This document shows positions 1 to 13,535 of a stretch of 64,000 nucleotides of DNA, one piece after another (position 1 is the first letter of the stretch; each line of letters opens with the position of its first letter). Both the position numbers and the translations under genes were made by a program. This stretch comes from Camelus ferus (lineage: Eukaryota). The notes beneath the pieces are model-generated. The model was not told the origin of the DNA and searched no databases. It was given only the letters and a program-made list of their open reading frames with translations. The stretch is from positions 49,168,001 to 49,232,000 of the forward strand of contig NC_045696.1 of NCBI RefSeq assembly GCF_009834535.1. The letters run 5' to 3'.

Positions 1-944
1 TGTTCTTAGCTTCTTTATATTGTAGGCTTATGTCACCATTATTGAAGAACTTCAAATAATTTAGGTCTTTAGTAACAAACAGTTGTTTCTCCAGCACACT
101 TATGCTCTCCAGTCAAATTCAGCTTCATATGGGAAAGTAGGAGGAGAAAGTAGGCTCAATGTTAGGGAGATCTAGAGTGGTGAGACATTCTAGTATTGAT
201 TGTGGTCCAAGAACCACAATGAAAAATCTGTTTCTCCATGATTTTAAAATTCTGTGGGGAAAATATTCAGAAGTGCTTTTTAAATTTGGGTTTAATCTAG
301 GGTTGGGAAATGTATTAAACACTCCTGTTTGCAATTAACAGAAACCTGCTCTGGCTAACTGAAACACAAACAAGTAGATAGGTCATTAGAAGCTCATGGA
401 ATCTAAGGGAGAGCCAAATATCAGTAATCAAGGGGTAGGATAAAACCATGATCAAATGTTTGGTAAGGGTTGAAACAAAAAAATTACACCAAAATTTCTT
501 TTTTTCAGCAAGCAAAAACTACTTGGAATATTTCTGTAGAAAAATTATGAATTAAAAAAAATCACTCATAACCTCCTAAAAGTTAAAACAAATAAAGAAA
601 AACCTGATAGGAACATTAATATTTGTTTACTAGTAAAATTGAACACATTAAAAATAGCCATTTATAGATTTTTTAAAAAATACCTGCTTAAGCTCTCATT
701 AGGAGGTTAGTTTTTCTGGTCAAATCTATGAACCTTTTCCATGGTGGTTTTTCTGTCTTTGTTCTTAAACTGAGAGTGGCTTTCCCTATTTAAATAATGT
801 AGAATATTTTAAATATATTTTTGATTCAGTGGAGATTTTTTTTTTTTCTATCTCCAAATACTCCCTTTACTAATGGTAGCCCACCAAGCCATGGTTCTTC
901 TTTCTTTTTCTTTTTTTCAAAAAAACCCCCTCTTTTTTAAAAAA

Positions 945-1356
945 AATGAAGTATAGTTGAGTTACATTATATTAATTTTAGGTGCACTACATACTAATTA
1001 AATGTTTTTATAGGATATATTCCATACCGAGTTATTATACAATATTGATTATACTTCCTGTGCTTTACATTACATCCTTGTAACTTATTTTATACTTAAA
1101 ATCTGTTTGTATCTGTTAAACCCCTTCACCTATTGTGTCTCTCCTCACACCTCTCTCCTCTCTGGTAACCACTAATTTGTTCTCTCTGTCTGTGAGTCTT
1201 CTTCTGTCCTATTTTTAGATTTCATATGTAAGTGAAACCATAGAGTATTTGTCTTTCTCTGTCTTAACTTATTTCATTAAGCATAATACCCACCAGGTCC
1301 ATCCATGTTGTTGCAGATGGCAAAAATTTATTCTTTTTTATACCTGAGTAATATTT

Positions 1357-1393
<37 letters not shown>

Positions 1394-4345
1394 ACATCAT
1401 CTTTATCCATCTGTTGATGGATACTTACGCTGTTTCTGTGTCTTGGCTGTTGTAAATAATGCTGCTAAGAACATTTGGGGTGCATATCTTTTCAAATTAG
1501 TGTTTTTATGTTTTCAGATAATACCCAGGAATGGAATTGCTAAATCATATGGTGGTTATATTTTTAATATTTTGAGCAACCTCCATATTGTTTTCCATAA
1601 TGGCTGTACCATTATATTCCCACCAGCTGTGCATTAGGGTTCCTTTTTCTCTACATCCTCATCAACACTTATTCCTTGTTTTTTGGATGGTAGCCATTCT
1701 CACAGGTGTGAGGTGATATTTCATGTGGTTTTTATTTGCATTTGTATTTGATAGTGATGTTGAGCATCTTTTTATGTGCCTGTTAGCCATCTGTTTCTTC
1801 TTTGGAAAAATGCCTATTCAGGTTCTCTGCCCATTTTTTAATCGACGTGTTTGGTTTTTTGATATTGCATTGTATGAGTTCTTTATATAGTTTTTGTGTT
1901 AACCTCTTATTGGCCCTATCATCTGCAAGTATCTTCTCCCATTCAATAGGTTGTCTTTTAATTGTTCTTCTTCACTGTGACAAAAACTTTCAAGTTTGAT
2001 TAGGTCCCATTTGTTAGTTTTGCTTTTGTTTCCTTTGCCTGAGTAGATAGATCCAAAAAAAAATCGCTAAGACTGTACTTCTTCTAGGAGTTTTATGTTT
2101 TCAGCTCTTATACTTAGGGCTTAAATTCATCTTGAGTTTATTTTTGTATAAGGTGTGAGGAAGTATTCTAGTTTCATTCTTCTGTGTTTGTCCAGTTTTC
2201 CCAACACCACTTATTGGAGAGACTGCCTTTTCCCCTTTGTATATTTTTTACTTCTTTTTTGTAGATTACTTGACTATATGTTTCTGTGGGTTGTTTGCAG
2301 GGCTCTCTTTTCTGTTCCATTGATCATGTGTTTTTATTCAATACCATACTGTTTGGATTACTGTAGTTTGTAGTATATATAGTCTGAAGTCAAGGAGTGT
2401 AATACCTCCAGTTGTGTTTAATTTTTTCAAGATTGCTTTGACTATTAGGGATCTTTTGTGGTTTTGCATGAGTTTTAAGATGATTTGTTCTAATTCTGTG
2501 AAATATGCCGCTGGAATTTTGATAGTGATTGCGTTGAATCTATAGATTGCTTTGAGTAGTTCACATATTTAAATAATATTAATTCTTCCAGCCTGTGAAA
2601 GTGTGGGCATGCTTGTTTTGTCCTTTATCTTAAGGAAAAGCTTTAGCTTTTCACCATTGAGTATGATGTTAGATGTGGATGTGTCAGTAAACAACTTTTA
2701 TTTTGTTGAGGTATGTCCCCTTTATACGGAATTTGTTGAGAGTTTATTGTGAATAGATGTTAAATTTTTTCAAATGCTTTATCTGTGTCTGTAGAGATGA
2801 TCATGTACTTTTTACCCTTCATTTTCTTAGTTTGGTGTATCACATTGGTTTGTAGATATTGAACCATTCTTGCTTTCCTGGAATACTGCTTGATCATGAT
2901 GTATAATTCTTTTTATGTCTTTTGAACTATCTGCTAATATTTTGTTAAGAAATTTTGCATGTATATTCATCAGAGATACTGGCCTACAGTTTTGTTTTGT
3001 TTTGTTTTGTTTTTTGTAGTGTCTTTTTCTGGTATTAGTATCAGGGTAACACTGGCCTGAAACTTGCAGAATGAGTTTCAGAATGTTTCCCCCCTCTTCA
3101 GTTTTTGTAATAGTTTGAGAAGGATAGATATTAACTCTTCCTTAAATGTTTGATAGAATTACCCTGTGAAGCCTTCTAGTCTTGAATTTTTGTTTGGAGT
3201 TTTTGATTACTGATTTGATTTTCATTACTGATAATTGGTCTGTGCCGATTTTCTATGTATTTGTTCCTGATTCAGTCTTAGAAGACTGTAATGTGTAGGA
3301 ATTTATGTTTCCTCTGGGTTCTTCAATTTGTTGACATACAAGTGTTTGTAATATTCTCTTGTGATTGTTGTACTTTTATTGTAGTGGTTGTAACTTCTCT
3401 TTCATTTCAAATTTTATTTGCCCCCCCCCTTTTTTTTTTGAAGAGTGGCTAAAGGCTTATCAGTTTCATCTAAACCAGTTCTTGATTTCATTGATCTTTT
3501 CTATTATTTTGCTTTGGTCTCTATTTCTGCTCTGACCTTTATTATTTTCTTCCTTCTACTACTTTTGGGCTTTATTCTTTTTGTAATTCCTTTAGATGGA
3601 AAGTTAAGTTGTGTATTTAAGATCTTTCTTGTATCTGAAGGTAGGCTTGTATTGCTATCAACTTCCCTCTTGGAACTGCTTTTACTATGTCCCACAGATT
3701 TTGGAAAGTTGTGTTTCTGTTTTCATTTGTCTTGATGTATTTTTTTGGTTTCTTCTTTGAGTTCTTCATTGATGAACTTTTTTTTTTAGTAGCATGTTGT
3801 TTAGTCTCTACGTGTTTGTGTATTTTTCTGTTTTTCTTTCTGTAATTGTTTTCTAGTTTCATCATGTGGTTGGAAAAGATGCTTGATATAATTTCAGTCT
3901 TCTTAAATTTATTGAGACTTTTTATGTGGTTTAGCATGTGACCTGTCCTGAAGAAGTTTCCATGTACACTTGAAAAGAGTGTGTATTTTGCTATTTTTGA
4001 ATGAGATATCTATTCTGTAGATATATATTAAGTCTGTCTGGTCTAATGTGTCATTTAAGGCCACTGTTTCCTTATTGATCTTCTGTCTGGATGATATACC
4101 CATTGATGTAAGTGGGCTATTATAGTCCCCTAGTATTATTGTATTACTGTCAGTTCCTTCTTTTATCTCTATTAGTCTTTGCTTTATATATTTAGATGAT
4201 CCTATATTAATAGTTGCATGTATGTTTATGAATGTTACATCTTCTTCTTGGATTGACCTGTTTATTGTTATATGATACCTTTCTTTGTTTTATTGTAGAT
4301 TATGTTTTAAAGTCTATTCTGTCTCATCTGAGTAGTGTTACTCCA
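945..4345 (-). mobile_element. Degraded LINE-1 (3'UTR through the ORF2 endonuclease region), with internal deletions
   Basis: Minus-strand ORF fragments read as L1 ORF2 peptides: [43 protein letters not shown] and [26 protein letters not shown]. Typical L1 3'UTR text lies at 945-1700 (ggtaaccactaatttgttctc; atacccaggaatggaattgct). Multiple frameshifts. Confidence 0.93.
1359..1390. repeat. (GT)16 microsatellite inside the L1 3' region
   Basis: Directly visible perfect dinucleotide run. Confidence 0.97.
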
Positions 4346-4409
4346 TAAGCCATGATTCTTATACGTTGTAAGGAGATACAATTAAAACTATCTTTCACAG
4401 TTTATTCTG

Positions 4410-4782
4410 GAACTTAATATCTTATGTGGAATTGCTATAACACAACACTGTAGACTAGGTGGCTTAAACAGCAGATGTTTATTTCTCATAGGTCTGGAGT
4501 TTGAGAAATGCAAGATCAAGGTGCAGGCAGATTTGGTTCCTGTTGAGAACCCTTTCCTAAAGTGAAGATGGCCACTTTTTTGCTTTGTCCTCACATGGTG
4601 GAGAGAGACAGGGAGCTGGACTGCCTCTTCCTTTTCTTATGAGGACACTAATGCCAGCACGTGGCCCTTGCCCTCATGACATCATATAAACCTAATTACC
4701 ACACTTCCACATACCATGGCTTTAGAGGTCAGGTATTTAACATATACATTTTGGAGGGACACAAACATTCAGTCTGTAATAC
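4410..4782 (-). mobile_element. MaLR solo LTR (MLT1A-like)
   Basis: Hallmark motifs: gctataacacaacactgtagactaggtggcttaaacagcagatgtttatttctca, caagatcaaggtgcaggcagatttggttcctg and ggagggacacaaacattcagtc. Confidence 0.85.
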
Positions 4783-5009
4783 TTACCTCTTCTCTGCCTC
4801 CACCTGAGGGGGATGATTCTATTTTTATTTTTAATTTCCTCTTAGTATGAACATTACTTATTGTAAATGATTCTGACATCCTAGAGGAACAGATTGAAAA
4901 CTAAAAGTCCTTTCTTTTAATCCTTAGTTATTCCACTCCTTAGAGTAATTAATGTTACCTTCCAGAATATACAAAAATTTACTATCAGTATATGTAGAGG
5001 CATATATAG

Positions 5010-6420
5010 CTATTTTTTTTACGTTTAGATCTCCAGTCCATCTGGATTTGTGTGTGTGTTTAGTATAAAGCAGGGATTTATTTCCAAATGTTTAGCTCTT
5101 GTCCTTTCAGCATATCTTGACTAATTCATTGTTTCCCCACTCATAAAACATATTACATACTCTATATTATTATATGTGTGTTTGTATGCTTCAGTTATTT
5201 TAAGGTACTGTTAGTAAGCTTTTTATAATTTTTGTTTTAGTATTTTTCCTCCCCCTTATTGTGCCATTGTGGGGTTTTTTTGGTAATATTTTAAAACATA
5301 TTGTCCTTATTCTAGTTTCCAGAATTTTTTCATGGTTTTCACTGCAATTGCTTTCAATTTGTTAACATGGGGAAGTTGGACATCTGTGTAGTATTATGCT
5401 TTCCTTCTCAGAAATATGACATATCTTCCATTAATTCAAGTCAGTTGCTCAAGTCTGTAGGTTCTTAACATTATTCATGGATGTTTTGAATATTAATATA
5501 CTGCAAATATTCATTGTCTTTTTCTACACTAAATTTGTAAAGGTTATCATGTATTATAACATGTTGGAGTATACATTTTGTATACATTTTTCATGTTTTG
5601 CAAGCAGCCACATTATTTGTTCTAATAGCCCTTTACTTTGCCTTCTTAGATTTTTCTAGTAATAGGTTTTTCAAATAATAATTTTATCTTGTTCTTTCTA
5701 ATATTTATTCTCCCCTGTTTTGTTTTCTTGTCTCATTCCACAGGAATTTCCAGGCTCTGTTGAATGGTAATAATGATAGTGCACTATCTTGTCTTGATCT
5801 TTCTTAAATAACCATGCCTCTCCTTTTTATTTTAGTGTTATGATGGCCATTGATTTGAGAAGAATCTACTTTATTATTAAAAATCCTTTTTTCTCACTTG
5901 TTAGTTTTTTTTAAATCAAATAACACATACCAAATTTTGTTAAATGCCTTTTCAGTCTCAGATGTGACCTTTTACTGTGATGAATAGTCTGAAAGTATTC
6001 TTACATTCTTGAATATTCTGCTTGATCGTTGTCCTTTTTAAAATACAGAGTTGTGTATTATTTTATAATGTATAAAATTTTTAATATTTATATATTGCTT
6101 TTTTATTTGTGTATTTTCTAGTGTAGTCCTAGGTTTATGATAGATTGCTAAAGTACGTTAGAATATTTACACATTATATATGTCTTAGATTAATGTTAAA
6201 AGCTTCTTAATTATCTACACTTGAACACATGGTAGGGCATGAATGGTAAATTTTTTGGACTTGATACTTTTTTTAGTGGAATAGTTTAAAAAAAAACTTT
6301 TTTTTTTTTACCCCATAGCTGTTAAGTAGTCAGTATGAATTTTCAGTCTTTTTTTGGAATATCCTTAGTCATCTCTTGGATCGTAAAGTTTTCCTTCTTA
6401 CCTAGCTATATATCTGGGTT
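5010..6420 (-). mobile_element. Very old LINE-1 ORF2 fragments (L1ME/L1M-like)
   Basis: Diverged antisense L1 motifs: gttgaatggtaataatgatagtgcactatcttgtcttgatctt and ttttgttaaatgccttttcag. Boundaries approximate. Confidence 0.55.
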
Positions 6421-7049
6421 TTTTTTAAAATATATTCATTTATGTTTTTTTCTCCCAAAAAGGTTAATGAAAATAATATTGTGTAAAGTTTTTGTTGTTG
6501 TTTAGAACCATTTAAGGTGATACCCTTGTGAATTTTTGCGTTTATCTAATGATATTAATTAAACATAACTCTGAAATTTAAAGGTATTTATATAGTTTCC
6601 ATATCCAAATGCTTATACTGGTTTACTTCTTGGTTTGAGGATTTATTTTGTCAGAACATATATGTGAGTTTTAAACTCTCCATGGACTTGTTATGTATGT
6701 TCTCATATATTTGTCAATGAGGAGTATATTGCTTGAGTTTAGTATGAGTGAATATTAGTCTTGTTTCCCTTAAAATTACTTAGATTTGGTCCACTGCTTT
6801 TAGGAAGGAAATCAGTATTATAAGGGTGACGTTTGATACTATTTTATTTTAACTTTTGTTTGTGAAAGTTTTTTCTTCATGAAATGGAAAAAAATTGATT
6901 TCACATTTATATGTGGCTTTTGGTTTTCTTGTTAATGTTTTCTGACATTTGGTCTATCTTAAAAATGAAGAGTTTCATAGTTTTTTGGTAGAGTAATCCT
7001 CCAAAAGAAGATAACTTTGGTATTGTACGTGGTTTGACATCCTAAATGC

Positions 7050-7265
7050 ATCAGTTGTCTATTGTTGAATAACAAAATACCCTGCAACCTAGTAGTTTTA
7101 GAACAGCATACATTTATTATCTCTCAATTTCTTTGGGTCAGGAATCCAGACATGACTCAGCTGGGTCCTTTGTTTCAGAGTCTCCCAAGGCTACAGTCAC
7201 AGGTGACAACTAGGGCTAGGATTTTATCTGGAGACGTGACTGGGGAAGGATCTGCTCCTGAGCTT
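7050..7265 (-). mobile_element. Old MaLR LTR fragment (MLT1F/G/H-like)
   Basis: Motifs catttattatctctcaatttctttgggtcaggaatcc, cagctgggtcc and gactggggaaggatctgctcc. Confidence 0.7.
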
Positions 7266-7376
7266 TATTTTGCCCCAATCTAGTGCTTTTCCCACTATTG
7301 ATGATTACTTGATTTATTTAGGAGTCATTCTGTGGGTCTTAAATCCAACCCTAGGAACGTCCTCTGTTATTCAGTC

Positions 7377-7398
7377 GTGTGTGTGTGTGTGTGTGTGT
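7377..7398. repeat. (GT)11 microsatellite about 115 nt upstream of the exon 2 acceptor
   Basis: Directly visible. Confidence 0.95.
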
Positions 7399-7513
7399 AT
7401 ACTTGTAGGAGGGGAAGAAGGGAGAAAAGAAGACAGGAAGGGAGGGAATTTGATAATATGTTCGCATAACTTTTTTTCTATTTTTAAGAACTATGCTTTT
7501 CTTCTTTCCTTAG

Positions 7514-7855
7514 GTGCCTTAGCTGGACCAATTATCGTGGAGCCACATGTCACAGCAGTTTGGGGAAAGAATGTTTCGTTGAAGTGTTTAATTGAAGTAA
7601 ATGAAACTATAACACAAATTTCATGGGAGAAGATACATGGCAAAAGTTCACAGACTGTTGCAGTTCATCATCCTCAATATGGATTCTCTGTTCAAGGAGA
7701 GTATCAGGGAAGAGTCTTGTTTAAAAACTATTCACTTAATGATGCAACAATTACTCTACATAACATAGGATTCTCTGATTCTGGAAAATACATATGCAAA
7801 GCTGTTACATTCCCGCTTGGAAATGCACAGTCCTCTACAACTGTAACTGTATTAG
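7514..7855 (+). CDS. NECTIN3: Nectin-3 coding exon 2 (end of signal peptide plus Ig V-type domain), 342 nt, phase 1-1
   Basis: Acceptor ttctttccttAG at 7512-7513 and donor TTAG|GTAGGT at 7856. Translates ALAGPIIVEPHVTAVWGKNVSLKC...DSGKYICKAVTFPLGNAQSSTTVTVL, the recognisable nectin-3 V domain with Ig Cys/Trp and the DxGxYxC motif. Confidence 0.98.
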
Positions 7856-8519
7856 GTAGGTATACTTAAACCATGTGTTTTGGCGGTAGTGGTGAGGATT
7901 ATATTAAAAGTATTTTCAAGAAATTAAAATGATTGAAATTATATATAAATGCAGGTTTAAATAAAAATTCAAACATTATTTTTCACGTTCTGTCTTAAAA
8001 TTCTGTGATTCTAGACTCTCAGTGTAAACAAAATGTTGTCTTTAGCTACCTGTCTGTAATGCTATATAGTTTATAGGTGTTTTACTTTTCTTCGTGAAAG
8101 GTTCTTTTATTTATATTATCAAGTCCTGAGTTTCTTTAACTTTTAATTGTTTTCCCTCAAATTTTCAACCTTTAATTAAGTTACCACTTTTAAATAAACT
8201 TTTCCATTTTTTTAAGTGACTGTGGCCTTGGAGCCATTGACATCTCATGTTTGTTTTTCAAGTCAGGTTTTATTTCTGCTGTTGCGGATTCGCATAGCTG
8301 TTTGAATCTTGGGCTATTGCTTGCATTGACTGATCTTTGGCCTTTTCCTGTCTGATAACTATTAAAGTTTATGGTGGAATTTAGAATGAGCTTATTAGCA
8401 TTAAGATAGCCACCTGCAGTGAAAGGTAAACCAATTTGGAATAGCTGGTGAGTACTTTTGGAATACTAGAACAAGAATTAAGAATAATAGCAATCTTAGC
8501 CATTTCCACCCAGGCTGAG

Positions 8520-8710
8520 GCTCCTTTAACAGACAGTCTTTGCTCTGAATCTGCCTGTTTGCCTGTCAGGGACTTTGTCAGATCTGCAGATAGCTCCCCC
8601 AACCCCCACTTATCCTTCTTTACTTTTCTCCCGGATGTTGTTTCCTAATAAGCCTTTTGCACACCTCACTTGATCTCAGTGTCTGCTTCCAGAGAACCAA
8701 ACAACCACAC
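8520..8710 (+). mobile_element. Old ERVL-type LTR 3' fragment (LTR16/LTR33-like)
   Basis: Terminal motif cctaataagccttttgcacacctcacttgatctcagtgtctgcttccagagaacc resembles the polyA/U5 end of these LTRs. Confidence 0.5.
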
Positions 8711-9751
8711 AGCCCCGAATATTTAATGGCATAATTTCAGGGTCTCTGAAGTACAGCAAAGCATTGTTTCCTCAAATTTGCTGTATTTTTTTTGTGTGTT
8801 GAAAAGTACTGTTTAAAAATAAAAATTAAATATTTGAGGACTTTGTATGTTTAAGACCCTGCCCTAAGAACTGTGGGGAACTATAACTTATGTTTACAAA
8901 ATTGATACTTTTGAGAATTGATTGGAAGGCAAGGAAGGCATAAATATCTGAAAAATCAAGTGCAAGCCATCAAGGTAAAAAAAAGTCACAAAAAATTCAA
9001 TGTCAAGAAAATAATAGTTTGCATGTGGAAGAGAGAACTCATGAGAATGAAATTTTTTTGCTTTAAATTTTAGTAATTCTCATAAGTTAATATAATACTC
9101 AATGTTATATATAAAACTCAAGAATGTTTATACTATTAAACTAGTCATGATTTTACCTGGGTGTACTTTTCTAACTTCATCTATACTATTCCTTGCTTTA
9201 CTTTTCCCAGCATCTCAGATTTTTTAATCATAATTAATTACTTGCAGTCTGTTACCGCCTATGTTTTTACGTGTGTTTTCCTTTATGCCTGGATTGCCAC
9301 CTTTCCCCCTTTCTCCTCCTGCATTCTGCTCAACTGCTACTCATCAAACCACATCCTTTTCCAAGTCATTCTTGAAATTTCTACTACTCCTCTGCAATTT
9401 GATGGATTTTTTTCACTCTTTTACTGTTGTGTCTTGAGCTTCTTTTTAGTGTAGAAATTACCATAATGCATATTATATGTCCTCTCCACTATAAACGTGT
9501 AGTACACTGCAACTCTACACTTTAAAATTTAACTTTGTATCCCTAAAGCCTGTAAGAGTTCTTGATATATAGCAGTCATACACTAAATGTTTAAGGAGGG
9601 TATAGGAATGGGTTAGTAAATTTGGTAGTTTAGACATGTTTTGTAGAAAAAGATAGTTGAGCAAGCCCTTGAAAGGTGGGTAGGTTTTAGGTAGGCCAAA
9701 AGGAGAGTAAGTGAGCCAATGCAGGGAGGCAGAAAACAGTACATACTAAGG

Positions 9752-9943
9752 CAGAGTTTCTTCAACATTGGCATTGTTGAAATTTTGGGCTGGAATTCTT
9801 TGTTGTGGTGAGCTGCACTGTCCATTGTAGACTATATAGCAGCATCCATGGCCTCTAGCCGCTATTTGCTAGTAGCACTTTTCCTCATTTGTTCAACTTA
9901 GAATATCTCCCTGACATTGGCACGTATTTCTGGTGGACCACTG
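9752..9943. mobile_element. MER20 (hAT-Charlie non-autonomous DNA transposon)
   Basis: cagagtttcttcaacattggcattgttgaaattttgggctgga...agcagcatccatggcctctagccgctatttgctagtagcac matches the MER20 layout. Confidence 0.85.
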
Positions 9944-10134
9944 AATACTCTTGATTGTTGAAAGGACTAATATAAAATACAAGAATTAAAGGCTGGAAAG
10001 GTAGAGTAGGACCGCTTTAAAGTGACCTGAATATTAAGATGGGGAATTTGAGCTTTATTTTACTGAAATGAAAACTTGGTATACACTTTTGTGCTCTTTC
10101 TCACCTTCCTTCTGTTATTCTCAGATTCTTGCGA

Positions 10135-10293
10135 TTTTACGTATGGTTCGTGAACCAGCAGCAATGGCATCGTTTGGGAGCTCATTAGCAATATAGAATT
10201 ACAGACCCCTCCAAGACTTGTTGAGTAATAGATCTACATTTTAGGAAGATCTCCCCAGTGATACGTACACACATTAAAGTTTGAGAAACACTG
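10135..10293. mobile_element. MER5A/B-like hAT element
   Basis: accagcagcaatggcatcgtttgggagctcattag...cacattaaagtttgagaaacactg terminal motif. Confidence 0.8.
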
Positions 10294-11976
10294 CTTTGAC
10301 TGTCTTCTCACCTTGATTAGAGGGGTGCCTAATTCATAGAGTTGATGTAGGGAGTAATGTGATGAAAGTTGTGATTTGGGAAGATCATTCTGGTGTTTTC
10401 GATGGATTAAAATGAAAAGAGATCTTGAAATTGTAATGCTTTAGCCATGAGGCCATGAAAGCTTGAACTTAATTTTCTAATTTCTGCCACTTGAGTGAGG
10501 AAGGGAACTATTACAAAGGAAAAAGTAGCAGAACTTTGTAACTGACTGGATATAAGAAACTAGGGAGGTTTGAACAATAACAAGTTTTGAACCTTGGCGA
10601 TTGAGTAAATTGTTACCATTGATTTAAATGGGCAAGTTTGAATGAAAAACAGATGTTGGGGATTGGGAGAATGAGATGAGTTCAGTATTTCGTTTATTGA
10701 ATTTGAGGATACATAGAGAAAAAAATCCCAGATAGGCGGTTAGAAACTATAGAGTCAAGTTTTATATCAAAATTGAATAAAATTAGGGATCACCTAGGTA
10801 GTAGTGTTTATCAGATAAACCAATTGGTTTAGTACCAATTTAGTACATGTGAGAGGAAACTTTTGAGGCAGGGGAAAGAACCAGCAGAAAGAAGTAGGCT
10901 TAACAATCCTGGCATTAATACAGGGCTGGGAAAACTTCATGTTCCTCCCAGTCAGAGAATACAGGGCATAGGTAGCATCTTAAGCGGAAGCAACAGCGGA
11001 ACTGCTAGACAGGGAAGGGGACAGGAAAGGTTACAGAGAAATTAACTAAAATGTTGAGGTATATGAGAAAAGAAACTTTATAAAGCCAATAACCTCTACA
11101 ACCAGGAGATTGATTCCTTTTAGAAGTAGTAGAAATAGTTTAAGTTTCTCCAACAAAAGCTTCTAATGATGGCACAGGTTGGTCACACAAACTCTCCCAT
11201 GGTGGGGCGGGGGATGGGGATGAAATATAAAAAACACCATTGAAAAATTCAAAGAAGTAGCAAAGTAGTGAGGAATATATCTAGGCCAAAATCTAGGAAA
11301 AGGCTAAAACATGGAAATAAGCCTAGCACTGAAAGCTGAAATCTGTATTCAACCTTGGGGACATTTGACAATTCAGAAGAAACACCTAAGATGAGCTAAG
11401 ATTTTGAGATCCCTGAGAAGTAAGAGAGACAAATATCTGAACGCAATTCTACTCAAGGTAGGATGTCTAATAACCCTTCTTATATTCTCTTGATACCGAA
11501 AGGCTTATATTTTCAGAATTGTAGTACACCAGCAGCAAACCAGCCTTCTTACAGACTTCGGGGCCTGGTTTATATCACTTGAGTAGTCTGAAATTAGGAA
11601 GATCCTGAACTGGATAGTGTTTCTCAGGAGCTAGCTTAGCAGAAGAAAACACAAATCTTTTCTGAAAGAATGATACCTTTATTCTAAGCCTCAAATTATT
11701 TCTACCTTAATTATTCAATCACAGGCTTATCATCTGCTTGAATAATCAGACATATAGGTAAAGAAGACCCCACAAGCAGCAGCCGGCACAAACAAGACAA
11801 CAGAAACAGGCCTGCGTAAGATGTTGGCATTACTGGACACAGACTATTAAACAACAGTGCTTGCCATTTGAAGGGATAAGTCAATCTATAAAATTTCTGC
11901 AGAGAATAGGAAACTATACATGAAAAAAAAATTCATATACTAATTTGCCCTTGAAATAGAGAAGTATTTCTTAGTA

Positions 11977-12473
11977 CATGTGTATGTTGGAGGTATTATG
12001 GGTTCAATTCTAGACCACCTCAATAAAGCTAATTTTATAATAAAGGGAGTACCACAGTAAAACCATCACATGAATTTTTGGTTATCAGTGTTATAAAAAT
12101 TATGCTTTTACTGTATTGTAGTCTGTTAACTGTGCAATGCCATTACGTCTAAAAAAATGTACCTACCTTAATTTAGAAAACTGTTGTTAAACAATGCTAA
12201 CCATCATCTGAGTCTTCAGACAGTTATAATCTTTTTGCAGTAGTAACATCAAAGATCACAGATCGTCATAACAAACGTAATAATAATGAAAAAGTTTGAA
12301 ATATTGTGAAAATTACCAAAATGTGACACAGAGATAGAAAGTAAGCAAATGCTATTGGAAGATGGTGCTGATGGACTTGGTCAACTTATGGTTGCCACAA
12401 ACCTTCAATTTGTGAGTAACGCAGTATCTGTGAAGCACAGTAAAGCGAAGTGCAGTGAAACAAGGCATGCCTG
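11977..12473 (-). mobile_element. Internally deleted Tigger1 derivative (TcMar), about 500 bp, both ends retained
   Basis: The right end reverse-complements to CAGGCATGCCTTGTTTCACTGCACTTCGCTTTACTGTGCTTCACAGATACTGCG (Tigger1 5' end). The left end matches the Tigger1 3' end (gggttcaattctagaccacctcaataaagc). Flanked by TA at 11975-11976 and 12474-12475. Confidence 0.9.
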
Positions 12474-12479
12474 TATATA

Positions 12480-13535
12480 AAGGCAGTGAACTGATGAGTT
12501 TTATAGATTTGAATGAAAACTTCTGCTTATCAAGACACAGCATTGGGTAAAGATACAAGCCCTAAACTGGTGAAAGATATTTGCACATATAATTGGAAAA
12601 GGCCCCCTTCTCCCAAATCAATAAGAAAAAAAAAATTGGCTTTAAAAGCTATTTTGCAGAAGAAATTCCAAATGGCCCCAAAACATGAAAAGATCGTTAA
12701 CCTCATTCTTAATCTTAGAAATTAAAAATAAGATCCCAATGATATGCTGTTACTTACTTATAAGATTGGCAAACATTGAGAAATCTGACAGTATCACCTG
12801 TAGTGAGTGTTTTGGACCAATTGGAGTGCTAAGATTGGGAGTAAATTGGTACTTTGGGAAGCTTTTTGGCATTATCTGCTAAAGTTGAAAGTAAAAGTAG
12901 TCATAACAGTTTCAGTATAAGGGAAAAACTAGAGAAACTTTTGTACAAATATACCAAAATACACAGTATCAATAAGAATGTTTCCAATAAAACTGTATCA
13001 AACAGGAAATAGCACCTATGTCCAACAGTAAATGAATCATACAATAGTTAAAACTAATAATTTATACAATTACATGCAAATCTAAATGACCTAAAAGTAA
13101 AAAGTTAAGAAAATGAATTGCAAAGTAATCAACTAAGATTAAATGCCCCCACATAAATGAATCTCAGGAACACAAAATTGAGTCAAAGAAAAAATATTAA
13201 AAAATATAGTCTGATTTCATTAAACAATACATGTGTCTGATTCTATTCATTTAAAGTTCAAAAGCAGATGAAATTGTTGTTTAGGTTTGCACTTGCTAGT
13301 TGTAGAACTTTCATGAAAAGTAAGCAAAAAGTTATTTCCAAAGGTTAGTATAATGGTTTCACAGTTGAACAGGCAGGGTGTTATTATGAAGATGGGGCAT
13401 ATGAGGGACTTGGGAGGTGCTAATATTTTTTATTAAGATGTGTGGTGGTTACATGAACATTTGCTGTAAATTATTCATTACATGTGTTTCAAGCGCTTTT
13501 CTTTTTGTTACTTTTATAATAATACATCTTAAAAA
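12480..13535 (+). mobile_element. Old LINE-1 3' fragment (L1ME-like)
   Basis: Sense L1 3' motifs: aaacatgaaaagatcgttaacctcatt, taagattggcaaacattgagaaatctgaca and ataaatgaatctcaggaacacaaaattgagtcaaagaa. Confidence 0.7.

Noticed and set aside
7270..7513. N-terminal 81 codons of the 199-aa ORF
   Set aside because: Intronic open frame running through a GT microsatellite and the polypyrimidine tract. The true exon starts at the acceptor at 7514.
11200..11220. G-rich run ggtggggcgggggatgggga as a G4 or GC-box promoter
   Set aside because: Only three runs of three or more G, no CpG island, and embedded in probable old L1 sequence.
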